From: Bacteroidota bacterium
GTDB lineage: Bacteria; Bacteroidota; Bacteroidia; Bacteroidales; FEN-979
NCBI GenBank assembly: GCA_037137455.1
Contig: JBAXKG010000002.1
Coordinates: forward strand, 42,433 to 106,432
Direction of reading: 5' to 3'
Length of the DNA stretch: 64,000 nt
Shown here piece by piece: positions 29,675 to 38,443 of the stretch (position 1 is its first letter; each line of letters starts with the position of its first letter). The notes under the pieces were generated by a model. It was not told the DNA's origin. It did no database searches and saw only the letters and a program-made list of their open reading frames with translations. The translations under genes were made by a program, and so were the position numbers.

Positions 29675-30664
29675 ATGGAACTACTTACAAATACCCTCTG
29701 GACCGAATATGAGCTGATCGATACCGGCAACCGGGAAAAGCTGGAGCGGTTCGGAAATTATATTCTGATCCGTCCGGAACCCCAGGCTGTGTGGCAAAAA
29801 TTTATGCCTGAAAGCGAGTGGGAAAAAATTTCTCATGCCCGCTATGTGCGCGTAAAAGGCAAAAGAACAGCCGGCGATGATAATGAACGGGGCTCATGGA
29901 TCAGGAAACCGAAGATGCCAGATCAATGGACAATTGTATACAAATACAAGCAGATGAATCTGAATTTTCGGCTCGGTCTTACTGCATTTGGTCATATCGG
30001 CGTTTTCCCGGAGCAAGCCATCAACTGGAATTACATCTATGACTTAATAACCCAAAAATCAAAAATCAGAGATCAAAACCAAAACTCAGAACTCAATACT
30101 GTAGAAACATTCCTTGATCCATTGAACGTTACGCGTCACGTGCCACATGATGAAGGCCACGTGTCGCGTGTTCTCAACCTTTTCGCCTATACCGGTGGCG
30201 CCTCACTTGCTGCAAAATCAGCCGGGGCAGACGTGGTGCATGTTGATTCGGTAAAGCCAGTTATCACCTGGGCAAAAGAGATGATGGAGGCCAGCGGACT
30301 TGACAATATTCGTTGGGTTGTTGAGGATGCAATGAATTTCGTTCGACGTGAAGTCAAGCGGGGCAATCAATATGATGGCATCATCCTTGATCCGCCGGCA
30401 TATGGAAGAGGCCCTGACGGGGAGAAATGGATTCTTGAAGATTCAATTGACGAAATTATCGCCATTTCCAAACAATTGCTCAATCCCGAACATGGATTCT
30501 TCGTGTTGAGCTTATATTCCATGGGATTTTCGTCCCTGATTCCCGAGAATCTTGTCAAAACCCGCTTCGGGGATATACCCGGGATGCAGTCGGGGGAGTT
30601 CTATTTCGAGGATAAGGGGAAAAGGAGACTTCCGCTGGGGACTTTCCTGAGGTTTGAAAAATGA
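29675..30664 (+). CDS. Class I SAM-dependent methyltransferase (RlmI/YccW-like catalytic domain)
   Basis: Start set at MELLTNTLWTEYELIDTGN. Motifs GVFPEQ and VLNLFAYTGGASLAAKSAGA...HVDS and ILDPPAYGRG. Carries an apparent 40-aa insert (see findings). Confidence 0.8.
   Translation: MELLTNTLWTEYELIDTGNREKLERFGNYILIRPEPQAVWQKFMPESEWEKISHARYVRVKGKRTAGDDNERGSWIRKPKMPDQWTIVYKYKQMNLNFRLGLTAFGHIGVFPEQAINWNYIYDLITQKSKIRDQNQNSELNTVETFLDPLNVTRHVPHDEGHVSRVLNLFAYTGGASLAAKSAGADVVHVDSVKPVITWAKEMMEASGLDNIRWVVEDAMNFVRREVKRGNQYDGIILDPPAYGRGPDGEKWILEDSIDEIIAISKQLLNPEHGFFVLSLYSMGFSSLIPENLVKTRFGDIPGMQSGEFYFEDKGKRRLPLGTFLRFEK
30053..30100 (+). repeat. Imperfect heptad repeat CAAAAAT CAAAAAT CAGAGAT CAAAACC AAAACTC AGAACTC, in-frame in the methyltransferase CDS
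   Basis: Read directly. 23/27 nt identical to the reverse complement of 50060-50086. Confidence 0.8.
30131..30169. repeat. Hairpin-forming inverted repeat ACGCGTCACGTG ... CACGTGTCGCGT (12 bp, 1 mismatch, 15-nt loop) inside the CDS
   Basis: Read directly. Lies 30 nt downstream of the heptad tract, within the same insert. Confidence 0.75.
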
Positions 30665-30690
30665 TTTTCCAGATATTTTAATTTCACCAT

Positions 30691-31833
30691 TTAATCAGAT
30701 AAAAAAAGTTCACTCGCAACCCGGTCGGCAAACAGTTTTCCTTCATCGGTTAGGAAATAAACCCCTGAATCCTCCCTTAGCAAATCCTTCTCGATCAAAG
30801 GTAAAACACTCTTTTTGAACAAATTGTAAATTGTAAATCCAAAATCCAAAATCGTTTTTTCATCGCATCCCCATATTGTCCGAATGGAAGTCATAACATA
30901 TTCATTGTATTTCTGGCTTGTAGTCAATAATTCTTCTTCGTAATTACATTCCCCCGTTTCAATATTTTCGAGGTATTTGGTAAGATTAGAAATATTCCAC
31001 CGCCTTGAATTGCCATTATAGCTGTGTGCTGATGGGCCGAGCCCCAGGTATGGAACTCCGTTCCAGTAATTGGTATTGTGTATCGCATGCCGACCTGGCT
31101 TGCAGAAGTTTGAGATTTCGTATTGAAGATAGCCGCTTTCCTTCGTTTTTTTTATCAACATTCTGTATTGATCCACTTGCAATTCTTCGTTTACCGGTGC
31201 TGATTTTTGTTTGCCGATCATCCATGCCAGCGGAGTTCCTTGCTCTATGGTAAGCGCATAGGCTGAAATATGAGGGACACCGAGTGAAAAAGCCGTTTCA
31301 AGAGTTTTCTGCCATTCGACAGGGGTTGAAAACGGAATACCATAAATAAGGTCAATGCTGATGTTTTGGTATCCTGACATTTGAAGCAATTTCACTGCCT
31401 GCACCGCTTGTCCGGCTGAATGTGACCGGTTCAGATATGTCAGCTCCTTATCGGAAAACGACTGCACGCCCAGGCTGAACCTGTTGAACCAGGTATGTTT
31501 TAGCACCGCTACATAATCCTCAGTCACGTCTTCAGGGTTTAACTCAAGAGTAATCTCTTGATTTATCCCCGACCCCTCTCCCCTGGAAGAGGTGTCGGGG
31601 ATAACCATCTCAATAATTTCCTGCAACTCCCCCGGCCGGTAAAGTGACGGAGTTCCGCCCCCAAAATAGACTGTATTTACTGGTTCATCATACAGGTAAT
31701 CGCGGTTTTGCACAATCTCTTTTTTCAAAGCATGCAAAAATGGTTCTTTCCACTTCTGTGAAGCCAGTGAAAAGAAGTTACAATAGTGGCATTTGCGCCG
31801 GCAAAACGGAATATGGAGGTAGATTCCGGCCAA
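30691..31833 (-). CDS. hemW: Radical SAM heme chaperone HemW (HemN-like, oxygen-independent coproporphyrinogen oxidase family)
   Basis: 380 aa. CRRKCHYCNF radical SAM cluster motif, GGGTPS, and a HemN_C-like tail. Confidence 0.85.
   Translation of the reverse strand: MAGIYLHIPFCRRKCHYCNFFSLASQKWKEPFLHALKKEIVQNRDYLYDEPVNTVYFGGGTPSLYRPGELQEIIEMVIPDTSSRGEGSGINQEITLELNPEDVTEDYVAVLKHTWFNRFSLGVQSFSDKELTYLNRSHSAGQAVQAVKLLQMSGYQNISIDLIYGIPFSTPVEWQKTLETAFSLGVPHISAYALTIEQGTPLAWMIGKQKSAPVNEELQVDQYRMLIKKTKESGYLQYEISNFCKPGRHAIHNTNYWNGVPYLGLGPSAHSYNGNSRRWNISNLTKYLENIETGECNYEEELLTTSQKYNEYVMTSIRTIWGCDEKTILDFGFTIYNLFKKSVLPLIEKDLLREDSGVYFLTDEGKLFADRVASELFLSD
30821..30854. repeat. Heptad repeat AAATTGT AAATTGT AAATCCA AAATCCA AAATCG inside hemW, antisense to the coding strand
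   Basis: Read directly. On the coding strand it encodes ILDFGFTIYNLF. Confidence 0.7.
31565..31602. repeat. 15-bp (1 mismatch) hairpin ATCCCCGACCCCTCT / AGAGGTGTCGGGGAT with 8-nt loop inside hemW
   Basis: Read directly. Encodes IPDTSSRGEGSGI between the conserved GGGTPS block and the EITLELNP block. Confidence 0.75.
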
Positions 31834-31837
31834 GAGG

Positions 31838-33340
31838 CTATTTTTTCAGGATGATACGGAAAGTGGTGCCCTTATTCAGGGTAGAGGACTTAACAAAAAT
31901 TTTTCCGGCGTGATAATTCTCCACGATCCGCTTGGTGAGAGTCAGTCCCAGTCCCCATCCCCGTGCCTTACTGGTATACCCTGGCCTGAAAATGGTTTTA
32001 AAGCGCGATTTGGGAATTCCCTTGCCGTTATCGCCAATGTCGATGTGAATGTGGTCAATATCCTCTGTAATTTCAATGTTGACATTGCCATTCCCCGCCA
32101 TGGCATCCACTGCGTTTTTACACAAGTTTTCAATGACCCACTCAAAAAGGTGAAGATTCAGCGGGATAATAATTTCATGGTCCAGGCCCGGCTTTATATC
32201 GAAAATAACTTTTGCAGAGATCCTGGAACGGATATAACTGACCGTATCATGAACCATGGCAACTATGTTCGTCTTTTCGAGCCTGGTTGCCGATCCGATT
32301 TTTGAAAAACGGTCGGTAATGGTCTCAAGCCTTTGAACATCCTTTTCAATTTCGCGGATTGTTTCTTCATCAAGACCCTTTAATTTTAAAAGTTCCATCC
32401 AGGCTACCATTGATGACAATGGCGTACCGAGCTGATGGGCAGTCTCCTTGGCCATGCCAACCCAAACCTGGTTCTGTTCCGACTTGCGAGCATAACTAAA
32501 AAGCAAGTACGCAATCAGCAGAAAAACAAAAATGACCCCAAATTGCACGATCGGGTAATATTTTAATTGCATAAGGAGAGGTGAATCCTGGTAAAATATG
32601 TAATGAATTCCGGTATCGGCAAGATCAATTTTAATAGGTGTATTTTGCGAAGCCATACTTTCAAGGGTTTTCTGAACCCACAACGTATCCAGCATTTTAT
32701 TTTCCGGAATATTCCCATGGGCGAAGGGAATCTTACCTGTACTATCTGTAATTATCACAGGAACGGATGCCGAATTGAGTACAACCTCCGAAAAAAATGA
32801 ACGGATAAGGTCGTCAAGCACCGATTTCAGTTTGGCAAAGATGTTGGAATCTTTGTAATAAAGATAGATTTTTGTGTTATAAAGATAATTTACAGCTATT
32901 GGCGGGTAAACTGAAAATTCCTTCAGAAGGCTTCCCTCAAGATTTTTTTCAGAGTCGCTCAGGTTTGTGTTACGGGAAGTCATGATTTTGCCTGATTCAT
33001 CAGTAACTATCACCGGAATCGTTGTATTTTCACCGATAATGCTTAGAAAGAAATTCAAGTCCTCGTTTCCTGTAGCCGTAAGAATGCGGCGCTGGGCTTC
33101 AGCTACAATTGAAACCCTTTTCCGTTCTTCGGTTTTGAGTTGTTCAAACAGATTGTTGGTATAATTCACCAGGTCGGCTTTCTGATGAATTGCATCGGCC
33201 CATATTTGTACATTTTTCCGCTCATCCTTCCTTATCTCAGTAACCAGAATGTTGGTGTAATAGAGCGATGCAGCTACAATAATTAAGGCAGTTGCGAAAA
33301 GGATCAGTTTCCAACGCCTTTTTTTGAGGTATATATCCAC
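31838..33340 (-). CDS. Sensor histidine kinase (two TM segments, duplicated extracytoplasmic module)
   Basis: 500 aa. H-box ETAHQLGTPLSS, N-box ENLCKNAVDA, G-boxes DNGKGI and GWGLGL. No response regulator is adjacent. Its stop lies 4 nt before the hemW start. Confidence 0.85.
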   Translation of the reverse strand: MDIYLKKRRWKLILFATALIIVAASLYYTNILVTEIRKDERKNVQIWADAIHQKADLVNYTNNLFEQLKTEERKRVSIVAEAQRRILTATGNEDLNFFLSIIGENTTIPVIVTDESGKIMTSRNTNLSDSEKNLEGSLLKEFSVYPPIAVNYLYNTKIYLYYKDSNIFAKLKSVLDDLIRSFFSEVVLNSASVPVIITDSTGKIPFAHGNIPENKMLDTLWVQKTLESMASQNTPIKIDLADTGIHYIFYQDSPLLMQLKYYPIVQFGVIFVFLLIAYLLFSYARKSEQNQVWVGMAKETAHQLGTPLSSMVAWMELLKLKGLDEETIREIEKDVQRLETITDRFSKIGSATRLEKTNIVAMVHDTVSYIRSRISAKVIFDIKPGLDHEIIIPLNLHLFEWVIENLCKNAVDAMAGNGNVNIEITEDIDHIHIDIGDNGKGIPKSRFKTIFRPGYTSKARGWGLGLTLTKRIVENYHAGKIFVKSSTLNKGTTFRIILKK

Positions 33341-33563
33341 AAGTTCAAATTTTTATGTAAATGCAGGAAAATTCAATGCAATATCCCGTGAGGAGATTTA
33401 TGAATTAACGGTAAACCATGAAATATATTTTCATCTGGTTATCAAAGGTATGTGATTTTTTATCAGGTTAATCATTGAATTCACAGAGAAATCATGAATG
33501 ATGATCGAAAATTCACATATGCTGATGGAATATTTTTTATTATTGTATCAAAATAAATCCTCT

Positions 33564-35477
33564 ATGAGAACAAAAACATTATGGTGCCTCCTGATGGGAG
33601 GGTTAATCACATCTGCCTTGCTGATGGGCGGATGCAAATCTAAAAAGCCAATACAGGTTAGGCAAATTCCTCTTGAAGAGTTCTTTAAAAATCCTGAAAA
33701 GGCCCGTTATCAGATTTCCCCCGATGGGAAGTACTTTTCATTCATGGCTCCCGTTGAAAAACGTATGAATATTTTTGTTCAGGAGATCGGGACTGAAAAG
33801 GCTATTCAATTGACTTCTGAGAAGGACAGGGATATTGCCGGCTATTTCTGGAAAAATCCGACCCGCTTGGTATACCTGAAAGATACCGGTGGCGATGAGA
33901 ACTTTAAACTGTATGGCGTGAACATCGATGGATCAAACCTGAAGTGTTTCACCGATTTCCCGAAAGTCAGGACAGAGATAATCGATGACCTTTACGACTT
34001 TCCGGATGAGTTAATAATTGGGCTGAACAAACGCAACCCCGAAGTATTTGATCCCTACCGACTGAATATTGTGACGGGAAAAATGACACAACTAGCAGAA
34101 AATCCTGGAAATATCCAGGGATGGCTCCTTGACCATGCCGGGAAATTGCGTGCAGCCATTGCCATCGTTGATGGGGTGAATACCCAGGTGCTATACAGGG
34201 ACAAGGAAGCGGATAAGTTTAAACCGGTGCTTACCACCAATTTCAAGGAGACCCTTTCGCCACTGTTTTTCACATTCGACAACAAAAATGTGTTTGCATC
34301 ATCGAACCTTGGCCGCGATAAAAGCGCTATCGTGATCTTTGATATTGCCAATGGCAAGGAAATTCAAACACTTTATGAAAACGACAAGTATGATGTAGCT
34401 GATGTGACATGGTCGCGTGCTAAGAAAGCGTTGATCTGTGCCAACTACGAATCGTGGAAGCAAGAGCGTTACTTTTTTGATGAAGAGGGCAAGCAGATTT
34501 TTGATAAAATTCAGAAGCAACTGGGAAATTACTCCTTCAACATTACTTCCATGACCAAAGCGGAAGATAAATTCATGATCCGTGCTTACAGTGACCGTTC
34601 AATGGGAGGATACTACGTTTATGACCGCGCCAAAGACAGTCTTCAGAAAATTGCCGACATCACTCCGTGGTTAAAGGAAGATGAATTGGCCGAAATGGTT
34701 CCTGTTGAATACACAGCGCGGGACAGTGTAAAAATCCAGGGTTACCTGACACTTCCTGTTGGATATACAATGGAAACCGCAAAGGATTTGCCTGTTGTGG
34801 TGAACCCCCATGGCGGACCATGGGCTCGAGATGGATGGTATTTTAATCCCGAGATCCAGTTCCTTGCCAACAGGGGTTACGCGATCCTGCAGATGAACTT
34901 CAGGGGATCGACCGGTTATGGCAAAGAGTTTTGGGAAAAATCATTCAAACAATGGGGAAAGACCATGCAGGATGATATTACGGATGGCACCAAATGGCTG
35001 ATTGACAATGGCATAGCCGACGCAAAGAAAATTGCGATCTACGGAGGCAGCTATGGCGGATATGCTACCCTTCAGGGGTTGGTACGCGAACCAGACCTGT
35101 ATGCTGCCGGGGTTGATTATGTGGGTGTTTCAAACCTCTTCACCTTCATGAAGACCGTTCCGCCTTACTGGAAGCCAATGCTCGACATGTTTTATGAAAT
35201 GGTTGGAAATCCTAAAGGCGACAGCGCCCAGTTTGTGGCTACCTCTCCAGCCTTGAATGCAGACAAAATCAAAACACCGCTTTTTGTAGCCCAGGGCAAA
35301 AACGACCCCCGAGTGAACATAGCGGAATCAGATCAGATCGTAGAGGCTTTGAAGAAGCGTAATATCGTTGTAGAATATATGGTTAAAGATAACGAAGGCC
35401 ATGGATTTCGCAATGAAGAAAACAGATTTGATTTTTACAGGGCCATGGAGGCATTTCTGGCGAAACATCTGAAATAA
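33564..35477 (+). CDS. S9 family serine peptidase (dipeptidyl/acylaminoacyl peptidase type)
   Basis: Start set at MRTKTLWCLLMGG...GGC (signal/lipobox). GGSYGGY nucleophile elbow and C-terminal D..GH. Confidence 0.85.
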   Translation: MRTKTLWCLLMGGLITSALLMGGCKSKKPIQVRQIPLEEFFKNPEKARYQISPDGKYFSFMAPVEKRMNIFVQEIGTEKAIQLTSEKDRDIAGYFWKNPTRLVYLKDTGGDENFKLYGVNIDGSNLKCFTDFPKVRTEIIDDLYDFPDELIIGLNKRNPEVFDPYRLNIVTGKMTQLAENPGNIQGWLLDHAGKLRAAIAIVDGVNTQVLYRDKEADKFKPVLTTNFKETLSPLFFTFDNKNVFASSNLGRDKSAIVIFDIANGKEIQTLYENDKYDVADVTWSRAKKALICANYESWKQERYFFDEEGKQIFDKIQKQLGNYSFNITSMTKAEDKFMIRAYSDRSMGGYYVYDRAKDSLQKIADITPWLKEDELAEMVPVEYTARDSVKIQGYLTLPVGYTMETAKDLPVVVNPHGGPWARDGWYFNPEIQFLANRGYAILQMNFRGSTGYGKEFWEKSFKQWGKTMQDDITDGTKWLIDNGIADAKKIAIYGGSYGGYATLQGLVREPDLYAAGVDYVGVSNLFTFMKTVPPYWKPMLDMFYEMVGNPKGDSAQFVATSPALNADKIKTPLFVAQGKNDPRVNIAESDQIVEALKKRNIVVEYMVKDNEGHGFRNEENRFDFYRAMEAFLAKHLK

Positions 35478-35493
35478 CTATAAACTGCTAAAT

Positions 35494-35521
35494 AAAAAAC
35501 CCCGGCTTCACGGGGTTTTTT
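35494..35521. terminator. Bidirectional intrinsic terminator AAAAAACCCCG-GCTTCA-CGGGGTTTTTT
   Basis: Perfect 5-bp GC stem flanked by an A-run and a T-run, exactly between two convergent stop codons (35477 and 35524). Confidence 0.85.
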
Positions 35522-35523
35522 AT

Positions 35524-36627
35524 TTATACGTATTTCTCGCCTTTTTCCAACATTACATCATTGACAAACTGCCGGATTTGTTGTTCATCCGTTTTCCGGC
35601 AAATCAACAATACGTTTTCAGATTCAACTACAATATAATCGTTAAGCCCCTCCAGAACGACCACCTTTTCTTTGGGCATGTTCACTATGCAATTGAAAGA
35701 ATCATACAAAATCACGTTTTTGCCCACAACAGTATTTCCATTTTTATCCTTCGGTCTGTTTTCATAGAGCGAGCCCCAGGTTCCAAGGTCGGACCAGCCA
35801 AAATCGGCAGCCAGAACATATACGTTGCTGGCAGCTTCCATAACGCCATAGTCAAGGGAAATACTTTTACAGATTGTATAAGTATTGGCAATAAACGTTT
35901 TTTCTTCTTTGGTGCCATATTTTCCGATCCCCCTTTTAAAAAGCGCATCCACATCGGGAAGGTATATTTCAAACGCCTTCATAATGCTCTTCAGGGACCA
36001 GATGAATATTCCTGAATTCCAAAGGAAATCCCCACATTTGAGGAAGGTTTCGGCAAGTTCAAGGTTGGGTTTCTCGGTAAAAGTTTTCACCTTTTTAATG
36101 TGCATTTCCTTGGGATATACATGCTCCTTTGAATCAACATATTGGATATAGCCATAGCCGGTGTCGGGCCTGCTGGGGCGGATCCCAAGTGTGAGAAGCC
36201 AGTCATTTGCAGCTGCCGCTTCAAGTGAAGATTCAATATTCTTAAGGAAAACATCTTCATTAAGAATAACGTGATCGGATGGTGCAACTACTATTCGGGC
36301 ATCAGGATCTCTTTGAAGAATGCAATAATTGGCATATGCAACACATGGGGCAGTGTTACGGCGAGAAGGCTCCAGCAAGATCTGCTGGCTGGTCAGATCG
36401 GGAATTTGTGCTTGAACCAACGACTTGTATATCTCATTTGTGACAATGTAGATATTTTCCCTGGGACAGATTCGCTTAAAACGATTATATGTTTGCTGAA
36501 TCAGCGTTTCCCCTGTTCCCAGGATGTCGATGAATTGTTTTGGATGGGTTGTCCGGCTCATGGGCCAGAACCTTGCGCCGATACCGCCAGCCATGATCAC
36601 GCAATAATTGTGTTTTGACTTTGCCAT
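35524..36627 (-). CDS. Mannose-1-phosphate guanylyltransferase (nucleotidyltransferase domain only)
   Basis: 367 aa. N-terminal VIMAGGIGARFWPMSR nucleotidyl-transferase motif. Confidence 0.8.
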   Translation of the reverse strand: MAKSKHNYCVIMAGGIGARFWPMSRTTHPKQFIDILGTGETLIQQTYNRFKRICPRENIYIVTNEIYKSLVQAQIPDLTSQQILLEPSRRNTAPCVAYANYCILQRDPDARIVVAPSDHVILNEDVFLKNIESSLEAAAANDWLLTLGIRPSRPDTGYGYIQYVDSKEHVYPKEMHIKKVKTFTEKPNLELAETFLKCGDFLWNSGIFIWSLKSIMKAFEIYLPDVDALFKRGIGKYGTKEEKTFIANTYTICKSISLDYGVMEAASNVYVLAADFGWSDLGTWGSLYENRPKDKNGNTVVGKNVILYDSFNCIVNMPKEKVVVLEGLNDYIVVESENVLLICRKTDEQQIRQFVNDVMLEKGEKYV

Positions 36628-36665
36628 GCGAGAAGGGATTATTTTAATACAAACATAAGGAAAAA

Positions 36666-36686
36666 GAATTACGAATTGGAATTTAT
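36666..36686. repeat. Heptads GAATTAC GAATTGG AATTTAT at a gene boundary
   Basis: Read directly. This is a weaker member of the heptad family. Confidence 0.45.
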
Positions 36687-37396
36687 TAAATCGTAAAACC
36701 CACAGTCATTACCGGCGCCCCAGCGCTTACCAGATAAATGCGGTTTGTGGTCATGCAGATGCAGCGATAACGGGTTCTCACCCTCTCTTTTTTGCAGAAG
36801 GTTCTTCGTCCGTGTAATGTGAAAATGGCATCAGGGGGAAGTTCTTCCAGCCGCGCGGTGAAATCGGGAGGATCGTAGTTTTTCAGGACTTTTGATAAGC
36901 AATGATCAACAGAGGAGGATGCCTTTGGATTTTCAAGATATTGGATCAGCACAGGAAGAATTTCGAGAGGAAAAACTTCGTTGTTCAGATATGGTTGCAT
37001 TAAAAGGCGAAACTTTTCCTTCCACTCTTTTCCATGGGGCAATGGTCGTGACTTCCGGCGCAAAGTGAATTTTTTTAATAACCGGATATGATCCAGACTA
37101 ATATGTTGGTGAGCCAGTTCATGTAACAGCGTGATCAAAAAGGCATATGGATTCAGGCTGCCATTAATCGTTATACGCGCGGGCGCCTCTTTGTGAGGAG
37201 CCCTAAAATCGCCTGTTTTAGAAGTGCGGCAGCGGACAATTTTTATGTTGATTGGGTTTTCATGCAGCTGTAATACTACATCCTCCATTGCAGCTTCCGG
37301 AAGATGCCGACCAAGCAAGATCCTGATCTTTTCTTCAAAAAGAGCAGGGACCGGTTTGGTGATGGTTGGTTTTGAATTAAATAGGGAGAGCTGCAC
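36686..37396 (-). CDS. SprT-like zinc metalloprotease domain protein
   Basis: 236 aa with the HELAH motif in LLHELAHQHI. GTG start; no in-frame ATG nearby. Confidence 0.65.
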   Translation of the reverse strand: MQLSLFNSKPTITKPVPALFEEKIRILLGRHLPEAAMEDVVLQLHENPINIKIVRCRTSKTGDFRAPHKEAPARITINGSLNPYAFLITLLHELAHQHISLDHIRLLKKFTLRRKSRPLPHGKEWKEKFRLLMQPYLNNEVFPLEILPVLIQYLENPKASSSVDHCLSKVLKNYDPPDFTARLEELPPDAIFTLHGRRTFCKKERVRTRYRCICMTTNRIYLVSAGAPVMTVGFTI

Positions 37397-37417
37397 GATG
37401 TTTACTTTACATGTTAA

Positions 37418-37555
37418 TTAAAACATTGGACAATCACATCCCTTTGAATGATAGTTTCGATGAGAAGGATATCTCTTTGAACTGCACCCCCCGGCCAACA
37501 ATATTAACATGACCAGAACACCAAGCAAAATCAAACGTAATCGTGATAGTTTCAT
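37418..37555 (-). CDS. Small (45 aa) putative lipoprotein, absent from the ORF track
   Basis: My translation is MKLSRLRLILLGVLVMLILLAGGCSSKRYPSHRNYHSKGCDCPMF. It has a basic n-region, a hydrophobic core and Cys24. The stop lies 21 nt before the SprT-like start. Confidence 0.5.
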   Translation of the reverse strand: MKLSRLRLILLGVLVMLILLAGGCSSKRYPSHRNYHSKGCDCPMF

Positions 37556-37608
37556 TGTTAAAAATCCCCCGATAAAAGTACATAAAAATTCAAACAGGTT
37601 AAAGTTTA

Positions 37609-37650
37609 CACATCAGCCACCTTCAACCTTCGTCATTCAATAATTCCATC
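37609..37650 (+). repeat. G-depleted tract (2 G in 43 nt) ...CCACCTTCAACCTTCGTCATTCAATAATTCCATC
   Basis: Read directly. Shares TTCAATAAT(T)CCAT with 49614-49628. Confidence 0.5.
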
Positions 37651-37699
37651 GTAATAAACGAGTATTCAACGAAATTTGGTATTTTAGCAAAAACATTTT

Positions 37700-38443
37700 A
37701 TGCTGAAGGTATTCACCACCATCGGAAATTATGTGCTTTTGATGCAAAAGGTTTTCAGCCGACCGCAAAAACGCAGGATCTTCTGGAATCAACTGATGAC
37801 CGAAATCAACAGCCTGGGCCTTGAATCGTTGGGCATCGTGGCCTTTATTTCTGCTTTTATGGGGGCTGTTGTTGCAATCCAAACGGCTTATAATATTACC
37901 AGTCCGCTTATCCCCATGTCGATGGTTGGATTCACAGTACGCCAGAGTGTAATTTTGGAGTTTTCACCTACCGTTATCAGCCTGATCCTTGCCGGCAAAG
38001 TCGGTTCAAGGATTGCCTCAGAGATTGGTACCATGAGGGTAACCGAGCAGATTGATGCTCTGGAAATCATGGGAGTAAATTCGGCAAACTATCTTATTTT
38101 TCCCAAAATCGTGGCATCCATGTTGATCAATCCTGTACTTATCGTTTTCAGTATGTGGATGGGTATCCTTGGGGGCTGGGTTGCGATGATAGCTTCCAAC
38201 CTGGTTTCAACAAATGATTTTGTTCAAGGTATCCGTATCGATTTTCTGGGGTATACAATATTTTACGCACTCACAAAAACCATTTTCTTTGCATTCATTA
38301 TCTCCTCTGTATCTGGCTTTTACGGTTATGAAACACGCGGAGGCGCCCTGGAAGTCGGTCAGGCAAGTACTAAAGCAGTTGTGTTCAGCAGTGTGATAAT
38401 TATTCTTTTCAACCTGGTTTTAACCCAATTACTGCTTACATGA
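37700..38443 (+). CDS. mlaE: MlaE-family ABC transporter permease
   Basis: 247 aa with about 5 TM segments. The RVTEQIDALEIMGVN motif is characteristic of the MlaE/Ttg2B family. Confidence 0.8.
   Translation: MLKVFTTIGNYVLLMQKVFSRPQKRRIFWNQLMTEINSLGLESLGIVAFISAFMGAVVAIQTAYNITSPLIPMSMVGFTVRQSVILEFSPTVISLILAGKVGSRIASEIGTMRVTEQIDALEIMGVNSANYLIFPKIVASMLINPVLIVFSMWMGILGGWVAMIASNLVSTNDFVQGIRIDFLGYTIFYALTKTIFFAFIISSVSGFYGYETRGGALEVGQASTKAVVFSSVIIILFNLVLTQLLLT

Noticed and set aside
30053-30100. Heptad and other short repeats as a possible CRISPR array or phase-variation tract
   Set aside because: The units are 7 nt, imperfect and without spacers, and no cas genes are present. The imperfection also argues against efficient slipped-strand phase variation.
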